The notes below the pieces were generated by a model. That model was not told where the DNA came from. It did not search any database and was given only the letters and a program-made list of their open reading frames with translations. The position numbers and the translations under genes are program-made. A stretch of 63,000 nucleotides of DNA, filler included, from Nitrospirae bacterium MYbin3 (GTDB taxonomy: Bacteria > Nitrospirota > Thermodesulfovibrionia > Thermodesulfovibrionales > Dissulfurispiraceae): NCBI GenBank assembly GCA_002753335.1. It is 3 parts of 3 records of this genome, joined end to end, with 100 filler letters (N's around TTAATTAATTAA, not from the genome) between each part and the next. Parts side by side here need not be neighbours in the genome. Positions count along the whole stretch, not along the records: positions 23,446 to 45,326 come from PEAD01000038.1; positions 45,427 to 63,000 come from PEAD01000039.1; 1 more part is not named here. One strand, written 5' to 3'. The stretch's first letter is position 1; each line of letters opens with the position of its first letter. Below, piece by piece: positions 38,328 to 48,887 of the stretch.

Positions 38328-40055
38328 ATGAAAACAGCAAGGCTGGCGCTGTGCCAGATAAATCCTAATGTTGGGGACATACAAGGCAATACGGACAAGA
38401 TAATACAATGGATAGGAAAGGCCTCTGCCTGTCAGCCGGACATAATAATATTCCCTGAACTCGCGATAACCGGATACCCGCCCGAAGACCTTCTTCTAAA
38501 ACCACAGTTCATAAAAGACAATATAGAGGGACTATCCAGAATAGTTCCGGCCGTGGGAGATTTCCTTGCAATAGTAGGCTTTGTGGACAAAAAGGATGAC
38601 ATCTACAATGCCGCCGCACTTATTTATCAAGGCTCTGTCATCGACATTTATCACAAGATACATCTTCCAAACTACGGTGTTTTTGACGAGTTGAGATATT
38701 TCAGAGCAGGGACGCGCAGGACTGTTTACCGCATCAGAGATATTTCTTTTGGCATAAATATCTGCGAAGACATATGGCATCCGGAAGGCCCGGCAGCAGT
38801 GCAGTCCCTTGCCGGAGCCGAGTTGATAATAAACATAAACGCATCGCCCTTTCACATAAGCAAAACAAAACTTAGGGATAAAATGCTTTCGACTCGTGCT
38901 ATCGACAATACTGTGACTATAGCTTATCTGAACACCGTTGGAGGGCAGGACGAACTTGTGTTTGACGGCAACAGCCTTATTGTGGATCATAACGGCGAAA
39001 TAATGGCCTCGGCAAAAGGCTTTGAAGAAGACCTTGTTGTTACTGACATAGATCTGGAGCCTGTTTTCGTAAAACGTACTCACGACCCGGTTAGGCATCA
39101 GTTGGCGTCCGAACTTTCAAAAGACCGTTATGAAGAAATACAGATCAACAAAGAAATAGTTGCAAAAAAACAATTAATAGACATTCAAAAAAAAGAAAAA
39201 ATCGACGATGAAGAAGAAATATTCAGAGCGCTCGTTTTGGGCACAAAAGATTATGTTCTGAAAAACGGATTCAGCAAGGTATGTATTGGGCTCAGCGGCG
39301 GCATCGATTCTGCGCTTGTAGCCGCAATCGCTGTTCAGGCCCTCGGCAAAGAAAACGTTACCGGCGTATTCATGCCTTCGCAATACACCTCTGAATTAAG
39401 CGGAACGGATATGAGCGAACTGTCCGACAACTTGGGCATTAAAACAATAGAGATACCTATTGCCGGAATCTTTGAAACCTATCTGACCGCGCTGGAAACT
39501 CATTTTAAGAACAACAAACCGGACACAACCGAAGAAAATCTTCAGGCCCGCATAAGAGGCAATCTGCTTATGGCTCTATCCAATAAATTCGGAATGCTGG
39601 TACTCACAACAGGAAATAAATCCGAGATGAGCGTAGGCTATGCTACACTATACGGAGATATGGCGGGCGGCTTTGCGGTCATAAAAGACCTGCCTAAAAC
39701 CATAGTTTATAAAGTCAGTATTTGGTTTAATAAAAAGAACGGCAAAAACATGATTCCCAAAAGCATAATCCAAAAAGAGCCTACGGCAGAACTCAGACCT
39801 AATCAGAAAGATACAGACTCACTGCCGCCTTACGACGAGCTTGACCCGGTATTGAAAGCTTATGTCGAAGACGATAAGTGCTTTGATGAAATCGCAGGTG
39901 TTATCTGCACTGGAGAAAATGCGAGAAAAGTAATAAGAATGGTTGATATCAATGAGTACAAACGCAGGCAGGCTCCGCCCGGCATAAAGATAACAGAAAG
40001 GGCGTTCGGCAGGGACAGAAGGGTTCCGATAACCAACGGTTACAGGCAAAGATAA
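38328..40055 (+). CDS. nadE: Glutamine-dependent NAD+ synthetase
   Basis: FPEL, ICEDIW nitrilase domain; GLSGGIDSA, ENLQARIRG, TGNKSE, EYKRRQAPPG. Confidence 0.97.
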   Translation: MKTARLALCQINPNVGDIQGNTDKIIQWIGKASACQPDIIIFPELAITGYPPEDLLLKPQFIKDNIEGLSRIVPAVGDFLAIVGFVDKKDDIYNAAALIYQGSVIDIYHKIHLPNYGVFDELRYFRAGTRRTVYRIRDISFGINICEDIWHPEGPAAVQSLAGAELIININASPFHISKTKLRDKMLSTRAIDNTVTIAYLNTVGGQDELVFDGNSLIVDHNGEIMASAKGFEEDLVVTDIDLEPVFVKRTHDPVRHQLASELSKDRYEEIQINKEIVAKKQLIDIQKKEKIDDEEEIFRALVLGTKDYVLKNGFSKVCIGLSGGIDSALVAAIAVQALGKENVTGVFMPSQYTSELSGTDMSELSDNLGIKTIEIPIAGIFETYLTALETHFKNNKPDTTEENLQARIRGNLLMALSNKFGMLVLTTGNKSEMSVGYATLYGDMAGGFAVIKDLPKTIVYKVSIWFNKKNGKNMIPKSIIQKEPTAELRPNQKDTDSLPPYDELDPVLKAYVEDDKCFDEIAGVICTGENARKVIRMVDINEYKRRQAPPGIKITERAFGRDRRVPITNGYRQR

Positions 40056-40057
40056 AA

Positions 40058-40333
40058 ATGCTCAAAACAAAAAAAACAATTCTGATTGCAGCCTGTCTAT
40101 GTTTTTTATCAGTTTCATCCAGCGCTTTTGCCGCTGACAATCCGCAAAAACCTCAATCACAGTTCCAGTTCAAAAAGAACGAAGATGTAAAACAGATTGC
40201 GCCTAGAAAGCCGGTAAAAATAAAGCTCCACCGCTCCGCAAACGGAGCATACAACTGGGATTTAACAGGCGACAATGTTGACGACATAATCAGGGCGGAT
40301 GCGCGCTTGAGAAAACAGCTCAAGGTGGAGTAA
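40058..40333 (+). CDS. Small exported hypothetical protein
   Basis: Signal peptide (SAFA), 91 aa, in line with nadE. Confidence 0.7.
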   Translation: MLKTKKTILIAACLCFLSVSSSAFAADNPQKPQSQFQFKKNEDVKQIAPRKPVKIKLHRSANGAYNWDLTGDNVDDIIRADARLRKQLKVE

Positions 40334-40378
40334 TATTTTTAGCTCACTACCTACAACAGAAAACCCGGAGGACTAAAT

Positions 40379-40852
40379 ATGGAAAAATTTTCTATCCGCG
40401 AAGTGCTCGAACAGGCTGTACAGACCGAAAAACTCGGTTATCAGTTCTACACAGCCATCGCCCAAAAATTCAAAGATGATGAGGAACTGGTAAAACTGTT
40501 CAACACCTTGGCCCAAAAAGAACTCATCCACGAAAAGACATTCACAGAAATCAAAAATATGCTAGGTGACTCAGACCCCGAGGGATGGGAAGATGTTTCA
40601 CAGTATCTGCGAGCGATAGTCGAATCGGAATTTTTCCTAGGCAAGAACAAAGCGCTGCCATCGATGGACATAATCACCTCTGTTAAAGATGCGATAAATT
40701 TCGCTATGGGGTTTGAGAAAGAGACTCTCCTCTATTTCTACGGAATCAGGAGCGCGGTAAAAGAAAAAGACCTTGTTGACGAAATCATTAACGAAGAGAA
40801 AAGCCATATAATGTGGCTGAGTTCATTCAAGCATACCTTTCTCAAAAAATAG
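40379..40852 (+). CDS. Ferritin-like (rubrerythrin-family) protein
   Basis: E..G..FY, ELIH, EKETLLYF, EEKSH di-iron pattern; GGAGG RBS. Confidence 0.88.
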   Translation: MEKFSIREVLEQAVQTEKLGYQFYTAIAQKFKDDEELVKLFNTLAQKELIHEKTFTEIKNMLGDSDPEGWEDVSQYLRAIVESEFFLGKNKALPSMDIITSVKDAINFAMGFEKETLLYFYGIRSAVKEKDLVDEIINEEKSHIMWLSSFKHTFLKK

Positions 40853-41695
40853 ATGCAGCAGTGGCTCAAGATTGGAGCGTTCGAGCTTCATTGGCTGAAC
40901 GGCGGACTGTTTGAACTGGACGGCGGCTCCATGTTCGGGGTGGTGCCGCGAGTGCTATGGGGAAAAAAATATCCGCATGATGAAAACAATTATATAAAGC
41001 TCACCAATTCACCAATTCTCATAAAGACCGGCCGCGAATTAATCCTGATAGAAAGCGGGCTCGGCAATAAGTTGACCGATAAACAAAAACAGATATTCCG
41101 CGTAAAAGAGGACTGGAACATTCTGAACGATTTGGCAGCACTCGGAATAGAACGCGGCGACATAAATTTTGTAATCCTCACACATTACGACTTTGACCAT
41201 GCAGGCGGCGTAGTAATGCTGGAAAAAAATGGACAACTCGGACTGACCTTCCCGAACGCAAAACATATAGTGCAAAAAGCCGAATGGAATGATGCTGTAA
41301 ACCCGAACAAACGCTCGATAAACACCTACTGGCCTATCAATGTTGAAACTCTGAAAGAGAGTAAAAATGTTGAACTGGCGGACGGCAATTCAGAAGTTGT
41401 GAATGGGGTCAGCGTAATTCATACAATGGGACATACCAAGGGGCATCAGGCGGTGAGCATCGAATCACAAGGAGAGAAAGCCCTTCACATGGCAGACCTG
41501 CTTCCGACACATGCCCATTCAAATCCACTCTGGATTATGGCCTACGACAACTTTCCGCTCGATGCGATAGACGCAAAAGAGAAGCTTTTAAATGATGGAA
41601 TAGCAGAAAATGTTTGGTTCACATTTTACCACGACGCATTTATGAAGGCCTGCAGACTCGATACGAAAGGCAACGTAACCGAAAGATTCGAATAG
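40853..41695 (+). CDS. MBL-fold hydrolase (YtnP-like)
   Basis: LDGGSMFGVVP, THYDFDHAGG, GHTKGH, ADLLPT, WIMAYD, YHD. Confidence 0.9.
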   Translation: MQQWLKIGAFELHWLNGGLFELDGGSMFGVVPRVLWGKKYPHDENNYIKLTNSPILIKTGRELILIESGLGNKLTDKQKQIFRVKEDWNILNDLAALGIERGDINFVILTHYDFDHAGGVVMLEKNGQLGLTFPNAKHIVQKAEWNDAVNPNKRSINTYWPINVETLKESKNVELADGNSEVVNGVSVIHTMGHTKGHQAVSIESQGEKALHMADLLPTHAHSNPLWIMAYDNFPLDAIDAKEKLLNDGIAENVWFTFYHDAFMKACRLDTKGNVTERFE

Positions 41696-41737
41696 ATAAC
41701 CGTATCTGTAGGTCAATCTCAAAAAGAGGAGACTCTC

Positions 41738-42583
41738 ATGAAGAACCCAAGAAGCGCTGTATTTAGTCTGTTTTTTTTAATTATGTTGTGCCTTCAACTA
41801 TTTGCCACTCAGCCTGTTGCCATTGCAGGAGAAACCATTCGCATAAACGGATCGGGCAGTGGACTGGATATGATGATGCCGCTCATGGATGCATACCTTA
41901 AATCTAAAAAAGGGATCACATTCGAAATAGAAAAGCCGCTCGGAAGTTCGGGAGCGATAAAAGCGCTTATTGCCGGTTACCTTGATATTGCTGTATCGAG
42001 CAAACCACTAAAGCCTGAAGAGACTGCACAGGGATGCAAAATGAGATATTACGGCAAAACCCCGCTAACAATCGTAACCAATGCAACTAACACCAAAAAG
42101 AATATTGCTACCAAAGAACTTGAAGATATATATTCTGGACTTACGCGGAAATGGCCCAATGGTGATACTATTAGGCCGGTATTGCGACCGGTTGAGGATA
42201 TCGACACCAAAATACTTAAGGGATTTTCTCCCGGAATGGCCGAGGCGATCAACAAAGCAAACGTTCAGCGTGGCATGATAATCGCCGTGACCGATCCAGA
42301 ATCTAATGATGCAGTTGCAAAGACTATAGGCAGTATCGGGGCATCCGGCCTCACCGGAGTATTGACAGGCAAATGGAAGCTTAATGTCCTTTCCCTGAAC
42401 GGAGTTATGCCAAGCACCAAAACCCTTTCTGACGGCAGCTATCCTCTTGCCAAAGAGGTAAACTTTGTTGTGACAGAAAAACTTTCTGAAGCAGCAACAA
42501 AATTCCTTAATTTCATTTATTCCGAAAAAGGGCGCGCAATTGCCGAAAAATCTGGTGTATTTGTAAAAACAGACGCCCAATAA
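41738..42583 (+). CDS. PstS-like periplasmic binding protein (orphan)
   Basis: Signal peptide, [26 protein letters not shown]. Confidence 0.85.
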   Translation: MKNPRSAVFSLFFLIMLCLQLFATQPVAIAGETIRINGSGSGLDMMMPLMDAYLKSKKGITFEIEKPLGSSGAIKALIAGYLDIAVSSKPLKPEETAQGCKMRYYGKTPLTIVTNATNTKKNIATKELEDIYSGLTRKWPNGDTIRPVLRPVEDIDTKILKGFSPGMAEAINKANVQRGMIIAVTDPESNDAVAKTIGSIGASGLTGVLTGKWKLNVLSLNGVMPSTKTLSDGSYPLAKEVNFVVTEKLSEAATKFLNFIYSEKGRAIAEKSGVFVKTDAQ

Positions 42584-45162
42584 TGATTTCTTCTATATCT
42601 CGCACATTATCTTTACTGTCAGGAATAATCTCGCTGTTTGTTGCGCTTGCTATTCCCGGAGTTTATTTCACAGTGTCATACCAATATGTATTGGGAAGCA
42701 TAGACGCTGAGATTGAATACTCTGCCAAGATGGTCGAAAGCCTTATAATCAACAATCCCAAATCATGGCAGTTCGAAGAAATCCGGTTAAGCGAAATCCT
42801 TCAACGCCGCATTGCCCACGATTCCAAAAATATCCACGATTCTCGAATAATCAGAGACATAAAGGGAAACATACTGGCCAAGACAGAGGATAAACCTTCG
42901 TTTCCGACAGCCACATTGACTGAACCTATTTATGATTCGGGCAATGTGGTTGCATTCATCGAAATCAAACATTCGTTGTTCCCTTATATATATCAGACGG
43001 CTGTCGTATCAGCATTGTCTATTCTGTTAGCAGTAATAATATTCCTGCTTTTTCGTTTTTTCCCTCAACGCGCTATAGAGAACTCATACCGGATAATTAA
43101 AGAACACGAGAAACTTCTTGAGCAGGCTGCAATTCATTCTGATCAAATGGCTGTGCAAGCTGACGCTGCAAACAAAGCCAAAAGTGAGTTTCTGGCCAAC
43201 ATGAGCCACGAGATACGCACTCCGATGAACGGAGTTATAGGAATGATCGGGCTTTTGTTGGACACGAAACTGGATGAAGACCAGCGGCGCTATGCAGAAA
43301 TTGTGCGCAATAGCGGCGAATTGCTGTTGTCGCTATTGAACGATATTCTTGACTTATCAAAGATCGAGGCAGGCAAGCTTGATCTGGAGATTATAGACTT
43401 TGATTTGCGCTCTCTCTTTGACGATTTTTCGGCTATGATGGGACAAAGGGCCTATGATAAAGAATTAGAGTTCATCTGTGCTGCGTCTCCGGATATACCG
43501 GCCCTTCTCCGCGGTGACCCTGGACGCCTGCGCCAGATACTCACAAACCTTACGGGCAATGCTTTAAAGTTTACTTCTCAGGGAGAGATTGCTGTCCGTG
43601 CCACCATGGAGTCAGAAACCGACAGCGATGTCTTTATACGCTTTTCTATAAAAGACACAGGCATCGGCATTCCTGAATCTAAGCAAGCTCTTCTGTTTCA
43701 AAAGTTCACACAAGCCGATTCATCTACTACGCGGCAGTATGGAGGCACCGGATTGGGACTGGCTATTTCGAAGCAGCTTGCAGAAATGATGGGTGGCTCA
43801 ATCGGCATCGTAAGCGTTGAAGGGCAGGGATCTGAGTTCTGGTTCACAGCCCGTTTTGCCAAGCAGGCTGAACAGAAGCGTGAGCTCCCGCTGCTTGCCG
43901 AAATACGTGGAACACATGTCCTTGTTGTGGATGATAATGCAACGAACCGCGAAGTATTGACAATCCAGTTGTCAGCTTGGGGTGTCCGCTCAGAAAGCGC
44001 TATAAGCGGACCATTGGCATTACAGGAACTCTATAAGGCAAAAGAAACCGGAGATCCATTCCGTATAGCTATTATCGACATGCATATGCCGGGCATGGAT
44101 GGCCCGACACTGGCCAGAATGATAAAGACGGATGAGAAGCTGAATGAAACCAGCTTGGTGCTTTGCTGTTCCATTGGACAAAGAGGCGACGCTAAGCGCA
44201 TGAAAGAGATTGGGTTTGCCGCATACCTGGTCAAGCCGCTGCGTAACAAGGAGATAGTTGAATGTCTTGCCGCCGTGCTTTCAGGCGAGGTTTCTGCTGA
44301 ACCTGAGCATCAGCAGCCACTAATTACGCGCCACACTATTCGTGAGATTCGCCGAAGCATGGTTCGCATACTGCTGGCAGAAGACAACATAACAAATCAG
44401 CAGGTGGCCATTGGCATACTTAAAAAGCTGGGCTTAAAGGCTGATGTTGTGGGAAATGGAACAGAAGCTGTCAACGCTTTAAAAAACAGCTCTTACGACT
44501 TGGTGCTTATGGACTGTCAGATGCCGGAGATGGACGGTTATGAAGCGTCATGCCAAATCAGGAATCCCGGCTCAGCAGTCATCAATCACCATATTCCGAT
44601 TATCGCAATGACCGCAAATGCCATGCAGGGTGATCGTGAAAAATGCCTCGAAGCAGGGATGAACGACTATGTATCAAAACCGGTCTCACCCAAAGAATTA
44701 GCAGAAGCGCTCGATAAATGGCTGCCCAAGGATACCGCAGAAATATTGGAGAAAACCATCGGCAAGCCTGAAGATGCAGCTGAAAACAAAGACGTAGATT
44801 CTAAAGACAGCCCCAAAGAATCTGTGTTTAACATCGCTAACATGCTCGAAAATCAGATGGGGGATGAAGAGAGCACCATTAATATAATCAAGATTTATCT
44901 TTCGGAGATACCCAATCATATTAAAACTTTAAGAGGCTATCTTGCGCGGTCAGAAATTAAAGATGTCGTTAGAATGACGCACTCCATTAAGGGTGCATCA
45001 GCGGTTGTCTTCTGTGAGAATATGCGGGCTTTAGCCTTAGAAATGGAACAGGCAGCTACTGCCGGCAACATCGAGGCTGTTGCTGCGCACCTTCCGGAAC
45101 TGGATAAACAGTTTGCCATAGCAAAAAAGGCGATCGAAAACTATCTTGCATCTAAGCATTAA
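42583..45162 (+). CDS. Hybrid histidine kinase (2 TM, HisKA, HATPase, 2 REC, Hpt)
   Basis: [46 protein letters not shown]. Confidence 0.93.
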   Translation: MISSISRTLSLLSGIISLFVALAIPGVYFTVSYQYVLGSIDAEIEYSAKMVESLIINNPKSWQFEEIRLSEILQRRIAHDSKNIHDSRIIRDIKGNILAKTEDKPSFPTATLTEPIYDSGNVVAFIEIKHSLFPYIYQTAVVSALSILLAVIIFLLFRFFPQRAIENSYRIIKEHEKLLEQAAIHSDQMAVQADAANKAKSEFLANMSHEIRTPMNGVIGMIGLLLDTKLDEDQRRYAEIVRNSGELLLSLLNDILDLSKIEAGKLDLEIIDFDLRSLFDDFSAMMGQRAYDKELEFICAASPDIPALLRGDPGRLRQILTNLTGNALKFTSQGEIAVRATMESETDSDVFIRFSIKDTGIGIPESKQALLFQKFTQADSSTTRQYGGTGLGLAISKQLAEMMGGSIGIVSVEGQGSEFWFTARFAKQAEQKRELPLLAEIRGTHVLVVDDNATNREVLTIQLSAWGVRSESAISGPLALQELYKAKETGDPFRIAIIDMHMPGMDGPTLARMIKTDEKLNETSLVLCCSIGQRGDAKRMKEIGFAAYLVKPLRNKEIVECLAAVLSGEVSAEPEHQQPLITRHTIREIRRSMVRILLAEDNITNQQVAIGILKKLGLKADVVGNGTEAVNALKNSSYDLVLMDCQMPEMDGYEASCQIRNPGSAVINHHIPIIAMTANAMQGDREKCLEAGMNDYVSKPVSPKELAEALDKWLPKDTAEILEKTIGKPEDAAENKDVDSKDSPKESVFNIANMLENQMGDEESTINIIKIYLSEIPNHIKTLRGYLARSEIKDVVRMTHSIKGASAVVFCENMRALALEMEQAATAGNIEAVAAHLPELDKQFAIAKKAIENYLASKH

Positions 45163-45178
45163 GGTTAATTGGTGCCTA

Positions 45179-45326
45179 CTACACCTCTGGAATAATCTGA
45201 TCATATTGCTGCAGCAACTCCACCTGAGTCTGTTTTCTAATCTCGTAAAGATGATCGAAATTCCTGATACAAAGTTGAACCAGTTCCGTATCCAAAGAAC
45301 TGCCTGACAACGAAGTCAACACCCCT
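45179..45326 (-). CDS. 3' end of a truncated gene, HD-GYP-like C-terminus
   Basis: Open frame GVLTSLSGSSLDTELVQLCIRNFDHLYEIRKQTQ...EV-stop running into the spacer. Confidence 0.5.
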
Positions 45327-45426
45327 NNNNNNNNNNNNNNNNNNNNNNNNNNNNNNNNNNNNNNNNNNNNTTAATTAATTAANNNNNNNNNNNNNNNNNN
45401 NNNNNNNNNNNNNNNNNNNNNNNNNN
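45327..45426. other. Artificial contig spacer N44-TTAATTAATTAA-N44
   Basis: Same 100-nt linker as 23346-23445. Confidence 0.97.
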
Positions 45427-47112
45427 CAAAAATTTATTCGCGCGGGGGTCGGCACAAATAATGTGGACCACTGCGCCCGACTCTGACACTCCCCAACTGT
45501 GGCCAGTCTGGCCGCAATACTCGGTTCGGGGGCGATGACCAACTCCATGAAGGAGATAGAAGGTATGGAGGTTATTTTTATAATAGGCTCCAATACAAAG
45601 GAAACACATCCTGTCATAGCCAACCGGATGATTAAGGCGTATAGGAAAGGCGCTAAGATAATTGTTGCGGATCCAAGGAAGGTTCCGATGACAAAGTTTT
45701 CTGAGATCTTCCTGAACCTGAAGCCCGGAACCGATGTGGCGCTCCTTAACGGTTTGGCGCATGTAATACTTAAAGAAGGACTCAATAATAAAGAGTTCAT
45801 AAACGAAAAGACCGACAAGTTTAAAGAATGGATAGCTTCGGTTGAACTGTTTACGCCCGAATATGTTGAAAGCATTACCGGCATACCTAAAGACGATATC
45901 ATAAAAGCTGCCAGACTTTATGGCTCTTCGCGCAAGGCCGGCATCTTCTACACTATGGGGATTACCCAGCATACATGCGGTTCGGATAATGTAAATGCTA
46001 TCGCCAACCTAGCTCTTCTAACCGGAAATATCGGCAGGGAATGCACAGGCATTAATCCGCTCAGGGGACAGAACAACGTACAGGGAGCCTCTGATGCAGG
46101 CTGTGCGCCTAATGTTTATCCGGGATACCAGAAGGTGGATCTTCCGGAGATAAAGGAAAAATTTGAAAAGGCATGGGGTGTTTCGCTGTCGGCTAAGCCT
46201 GGACTCAAGTCAACCGAGATGATCCCGGCGGCAATAGAAGGCAAACTCAAGGCCCTGTATATCATGGGAGAGAATCCGGTAATAACCGACCCGAATATGA
46301 ACCATACAGTGAAAGCCCTGAAAGCACTCGATCTTCTCGTGGTGCAGGATATATTTATGACAGAGACCGCCCAGATGGCTGATGTGGTATTGCCCGCAAC
46401 ATGCTTTGCAGAAAAGGACGGCACTTTCAGCAATACGGAAAGAAGGGTTCAGCGGGTAAGAAAAGCGGTCAATCCCCCCGGGCTAGCAAGGAATGATATT
46501 GCGGTCATAACTGAGCTTTCGAAAAAAATGGGATACCCTATGGAATACAGTTCACCCAAGGAAATCTTAGAGGAATACGGAAAACTCTGGCCTGCCATTG
46601 CAGGGATAACATACAACCGTATTGAGAAGAGCGGCATTCAGTGGCCGTGCCCTTCAGACGACCATCCCGGCACGCAGTATCTCTATAAGGACGGATTTCC
46701 AAAGGGCAAAGCGCATTTTACGCCTACAGCATTCAATCCTCCGGCAGAGATAGCGGATGACGAATATACATTTATTCTCACCACAGGCAGAAACCTTTAT
46801 CAGTATCACTCCGGTTCGATGACCAGAAGGGTCAAGACCATAGAGAAGCATGCCGGAGAGCCCTATATCGAGATTAGCAAAGAGGATGCAGGAATCCTTG
46901 ATATAAAAGAAAAAGAAGAGGTTGCTGTTTCTTCAAGGCGCGGCACTATAAGAATAAAGGCGAGAATTACAACAAAAGTGCCAAAAGGAGTTGTGTTTGT
47001 TCCGATGCATTACCACGAAGCAGCCGCGAATGTTCTTACAAATGATGCGCTGGACGCGCAGGTCAAGATACCGGAATTTAAGGTCTGCGCTGTAAAAATA
47101 GCAAAAATTTAA
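45427..47112 (+). CDS. fdhF: Selenocysteine formate dehydrogenase alpha subunit (FdhF-like), 5'-truncated
   Basis: GTNNVDHCARL-TGA(45484-45486)-HSPTV; PLRGQNNVQG, EKDGTFSNTERRVQ, TGR..YH, IPEFKVCAV. Confidence 0.93.
45484..45516 (+). promoter_or_regulatory. Sec codon plus bacterial SECIS hairpin
   Basis: UGA followed after about 11 nt by UGUGGCC-AGUCU-GGCCGCA stem-loop with a GU-containing loop, as in fdhF SECIS elements. Confidence 0.88.
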
Positions 47113-47132
47113 AGCGCCTTATTGATAATTAG

Positions 47133-47167
47133 AGCAGGGAGCCGGATTCGGCTTCCCTGCTTTTTTT
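47133..47167 (+). terminator. Rho-independent terminator after fdh
   Basis: gcagggagccg-gatt-cggcttccctgc followed by T7. Confidence 0.9.
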
Positions 47168-47187
47168 GTGGCAAGCGGATTGGGAGC

Positions 47188-47225
47188 TAAGACTGGGTTT
47201 ATTCTGTTCAGGGCTGCGTTTTGAA
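47188..47225 (+). repeat. Truncated 38-bp copy of the left end of the 48577-48749 palindromic element
   Basis: 33/38 identity to 48579-48616 (counted by hand). Confidence 0.8.
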
Positions 47226-47248
47226 TTTGACAAAATGTGAATTTTACC

Positions 47249-47277
47249 TTGACAAAAGCCTGTTTGTCATTTAAATT
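47249..47277 (+). promoter_or_regulatory. Sigma70-type promoter, apparently leaderless
   Basis: TTGACA-17 nt-TAAATT, ATG 6 nt downstream at 47284. Confidence 0.7.
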
Positions 47278-47283
47278 AACGTA

Positions 47284-47364
47284 ATGAAATTAATAGGTTT
47301 TATGATTGTTGCGTTGCTCTTGCTTGCATCTCCTGCCTTTGCACTGAAAGTCGGTGACTGTTAA
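47284..47364 (+). pseudogene. Gene remnant: signal peptide plus the start of a redoxin-like protein
   Basis: MKLIGFMIVALLLLASPAFALKVGDC-stop; ALKVGD resembles the start of exported redoxins. Confidence 0.5.
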
Positions 47365-47385
47365 AGCTAAGATGAAAGAATAAGC

Positions 47386-47757
47386 ATGCATAAACTGAAA
47401 TTTTTGGCTGATGCCAATATCTAAAAACAGATAGTAGACTATATGACAAATGAGGGGCTGGACATCAAATGGGTTCCGGCTATTGATCCTTTCATGGCTG
47501 ATGAAGACATTTTAAAATCAGCGCGTTCAGAAAATAGAGTGTTGTTGACGAACGACAAGGATTTCGGTGAGCTGATCTTTTATCAAAGAAGATTGACGAG
47601 CGGTGTAATTCTAATAAGGATTAAAGGGCAGGAGGTTGCCCCAAAGATAAATTTGCTGAAGAAATTGTTCAAGGAGCATATAGGCCGATTGTCCGGTCAT
47701 TTTGTAGTAATAAATAAGGACAAGTTTAGATTTCTCTCTCTGGAGGTTAGGAAATGA
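47386..47757 (+). pseudogene. DUF5615 (PIN-like, VapC45-type) toxin with in-frame TAA at 47422-47424
   Basis: MHKLKFLADANI-stop-KQIVDYM...DEDIL..A..ENRVLLTNDKDFGEL. Confidence 0.82.
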
Positions 47758-47987
47758 CAGAAAAAAATCTTTTGAAACGCGTTAACATGGACCCTAAAAT
47801 TATGCTCGGCAAGCCTGTTATAAAAGGCACGAGACTTACCGTAGAAATCATACTAGAAAAACTTGCATTTGGCGCAACTTATGAAGACCTGATGGAATCG
47901 TATCCTTTTTTAAAGAAGGATGATATCAGGGCTGCCGTTCTTTATGCCTCAAAGGCTGTAGCGGCTGAGGAGATTTTTGCGGCATGA
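47754..47987 (+). CDS. DUF433 antitoxin-like protein
   Basis: DPKIMLGKPVIKGTRLTV..IL..LA.G, YP.L..DDIRAAV.YA. Confidence 0.92.
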   Translation: MTEKNLLKRVNMDPKIMLGKPVIKGTRLTVEIILEKLAFGATYEDLMESYPFLKKDDIRAAVLYASKAVAAEEIFAA

Positions 47988-48549
47988 AAAATAGAGTCGC
48001 ATTATCCTTGCATTTAATATTGGCCTTATTATTGATCGTTCCCATGGGATGTGCGAGCATCCTTCCAAAAGAAGCGTCTGCTAAGAAGGAAGTGAAGTAT
48101 CCGTTGCAAGTAATACAAGAAATTCTTAACGAAAACAAAAAAGTGGTAATAGCCGTAGTTGTTGAAAATATCTCGAATATTTTTTTGACGCGAGACGCGT
48201 AGCTTAATAGGTCGTGGTCTGAAGGAATTAAAAGGAGCTTGATAACTGGTGAAGAAAATGCTTTTCTGCGTAACCTTTCTAGATACGAGAACTTTAAATT
48301 AATAGATCGTAATACTGTAAAGAAGATTGAAGAAGAACATATTTTCCAATCAAGCGGAGCAACAAAAATATTGATGTTGTCAAATTAGGCGAGTTGCTGA
48401 ATGCCACTCACTTATATATTATTACTTTTAGTCGCTTAGGATATAACGGGTTTTACTATAATTTCGAAGATACGCTTCAAGTCAGACTGTTGAGTGTTCA
48501 GGATGGTCGAATTTTAAGTGTTAATGAGGTTCGCTCTCATGGCAGGTAG
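47984..48549 (+). pseudogene. CsgG/HfaB-like lipoprotein pseudogene (in-frame TAG at 48200-48202 and frameshift near 48365)
   Basis: Lipobox MGC; read-through gives FKLIDRNTVKKIEEEHIFQSSG; shifted frame gives VVKLGELLNATH...RLLSVQDGRIL. Confidence 0.72.
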
Positions 48550-48576
48550 ATCAAAAATATGAATAGAAGGTAAGGC

Positions 48577-48749
48577 GATAAGGCTGGGCTTATTCCGTTC
48601 AGGGTTGCGTTTGGAAAGTTCTAGATGCTCGTTTTGCTACAGCCGTGAAACTCGGCCTTCGGCCTCAAACACTCACGGCTGTTTAACGCTCCACTTCGCA
48701 AAGAACTTTTTCCCAAACTCCGCATTCACTCCATAAGCCCAATCTTATC
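48577..48749. repeat. About 173-bp nested palindromic element (REP/MITE-like or structured RNA)
   Basis: Paired arms gataag..gggcttat / ataagccc..cttatc, aaagttct / agaacttt, acagccgtga / tcacggctgt, apical ggcc-ttc-ggcc. Confidence 0.75.
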
Positions 48750-48887
48750 TCTGTCCTTATCTGTGGGCGAATCGGGCTAAAATATTCGTATGCGTGGTTG
48801 GACTGCCCCAAGCAATTTTTTACTTTGCGGTCTTAATGTGCTAATCTTTACTAATATCAGAATGAACAAAAAATCAAGGAGGCTTTT

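Noticed and set aside
38283..38408. N-terminal extension of rnr in the ORF track
   Set aside because: Overlaps the divergent nadE start and promoter; ATG at 38282 is more plausible
45375..45972. Minus-strand ORFs containing X residues
   Set aside because: Antisense shadows of fdh running into the spacer
24391..48549. Genome-wide stop-codon reassignment suggested by in-frame TAG (25003, 48200) and TAA (47422)
   Set aside because: TAG, TAA and TGA all end conserved genes at expected positions, and the 47984-48549 gene also has a frameshift, pointing to decay
48577..48749. Integron attC site
   Set aside because: No RYYYAAC...GTTRRRY ends identified and no integrase present
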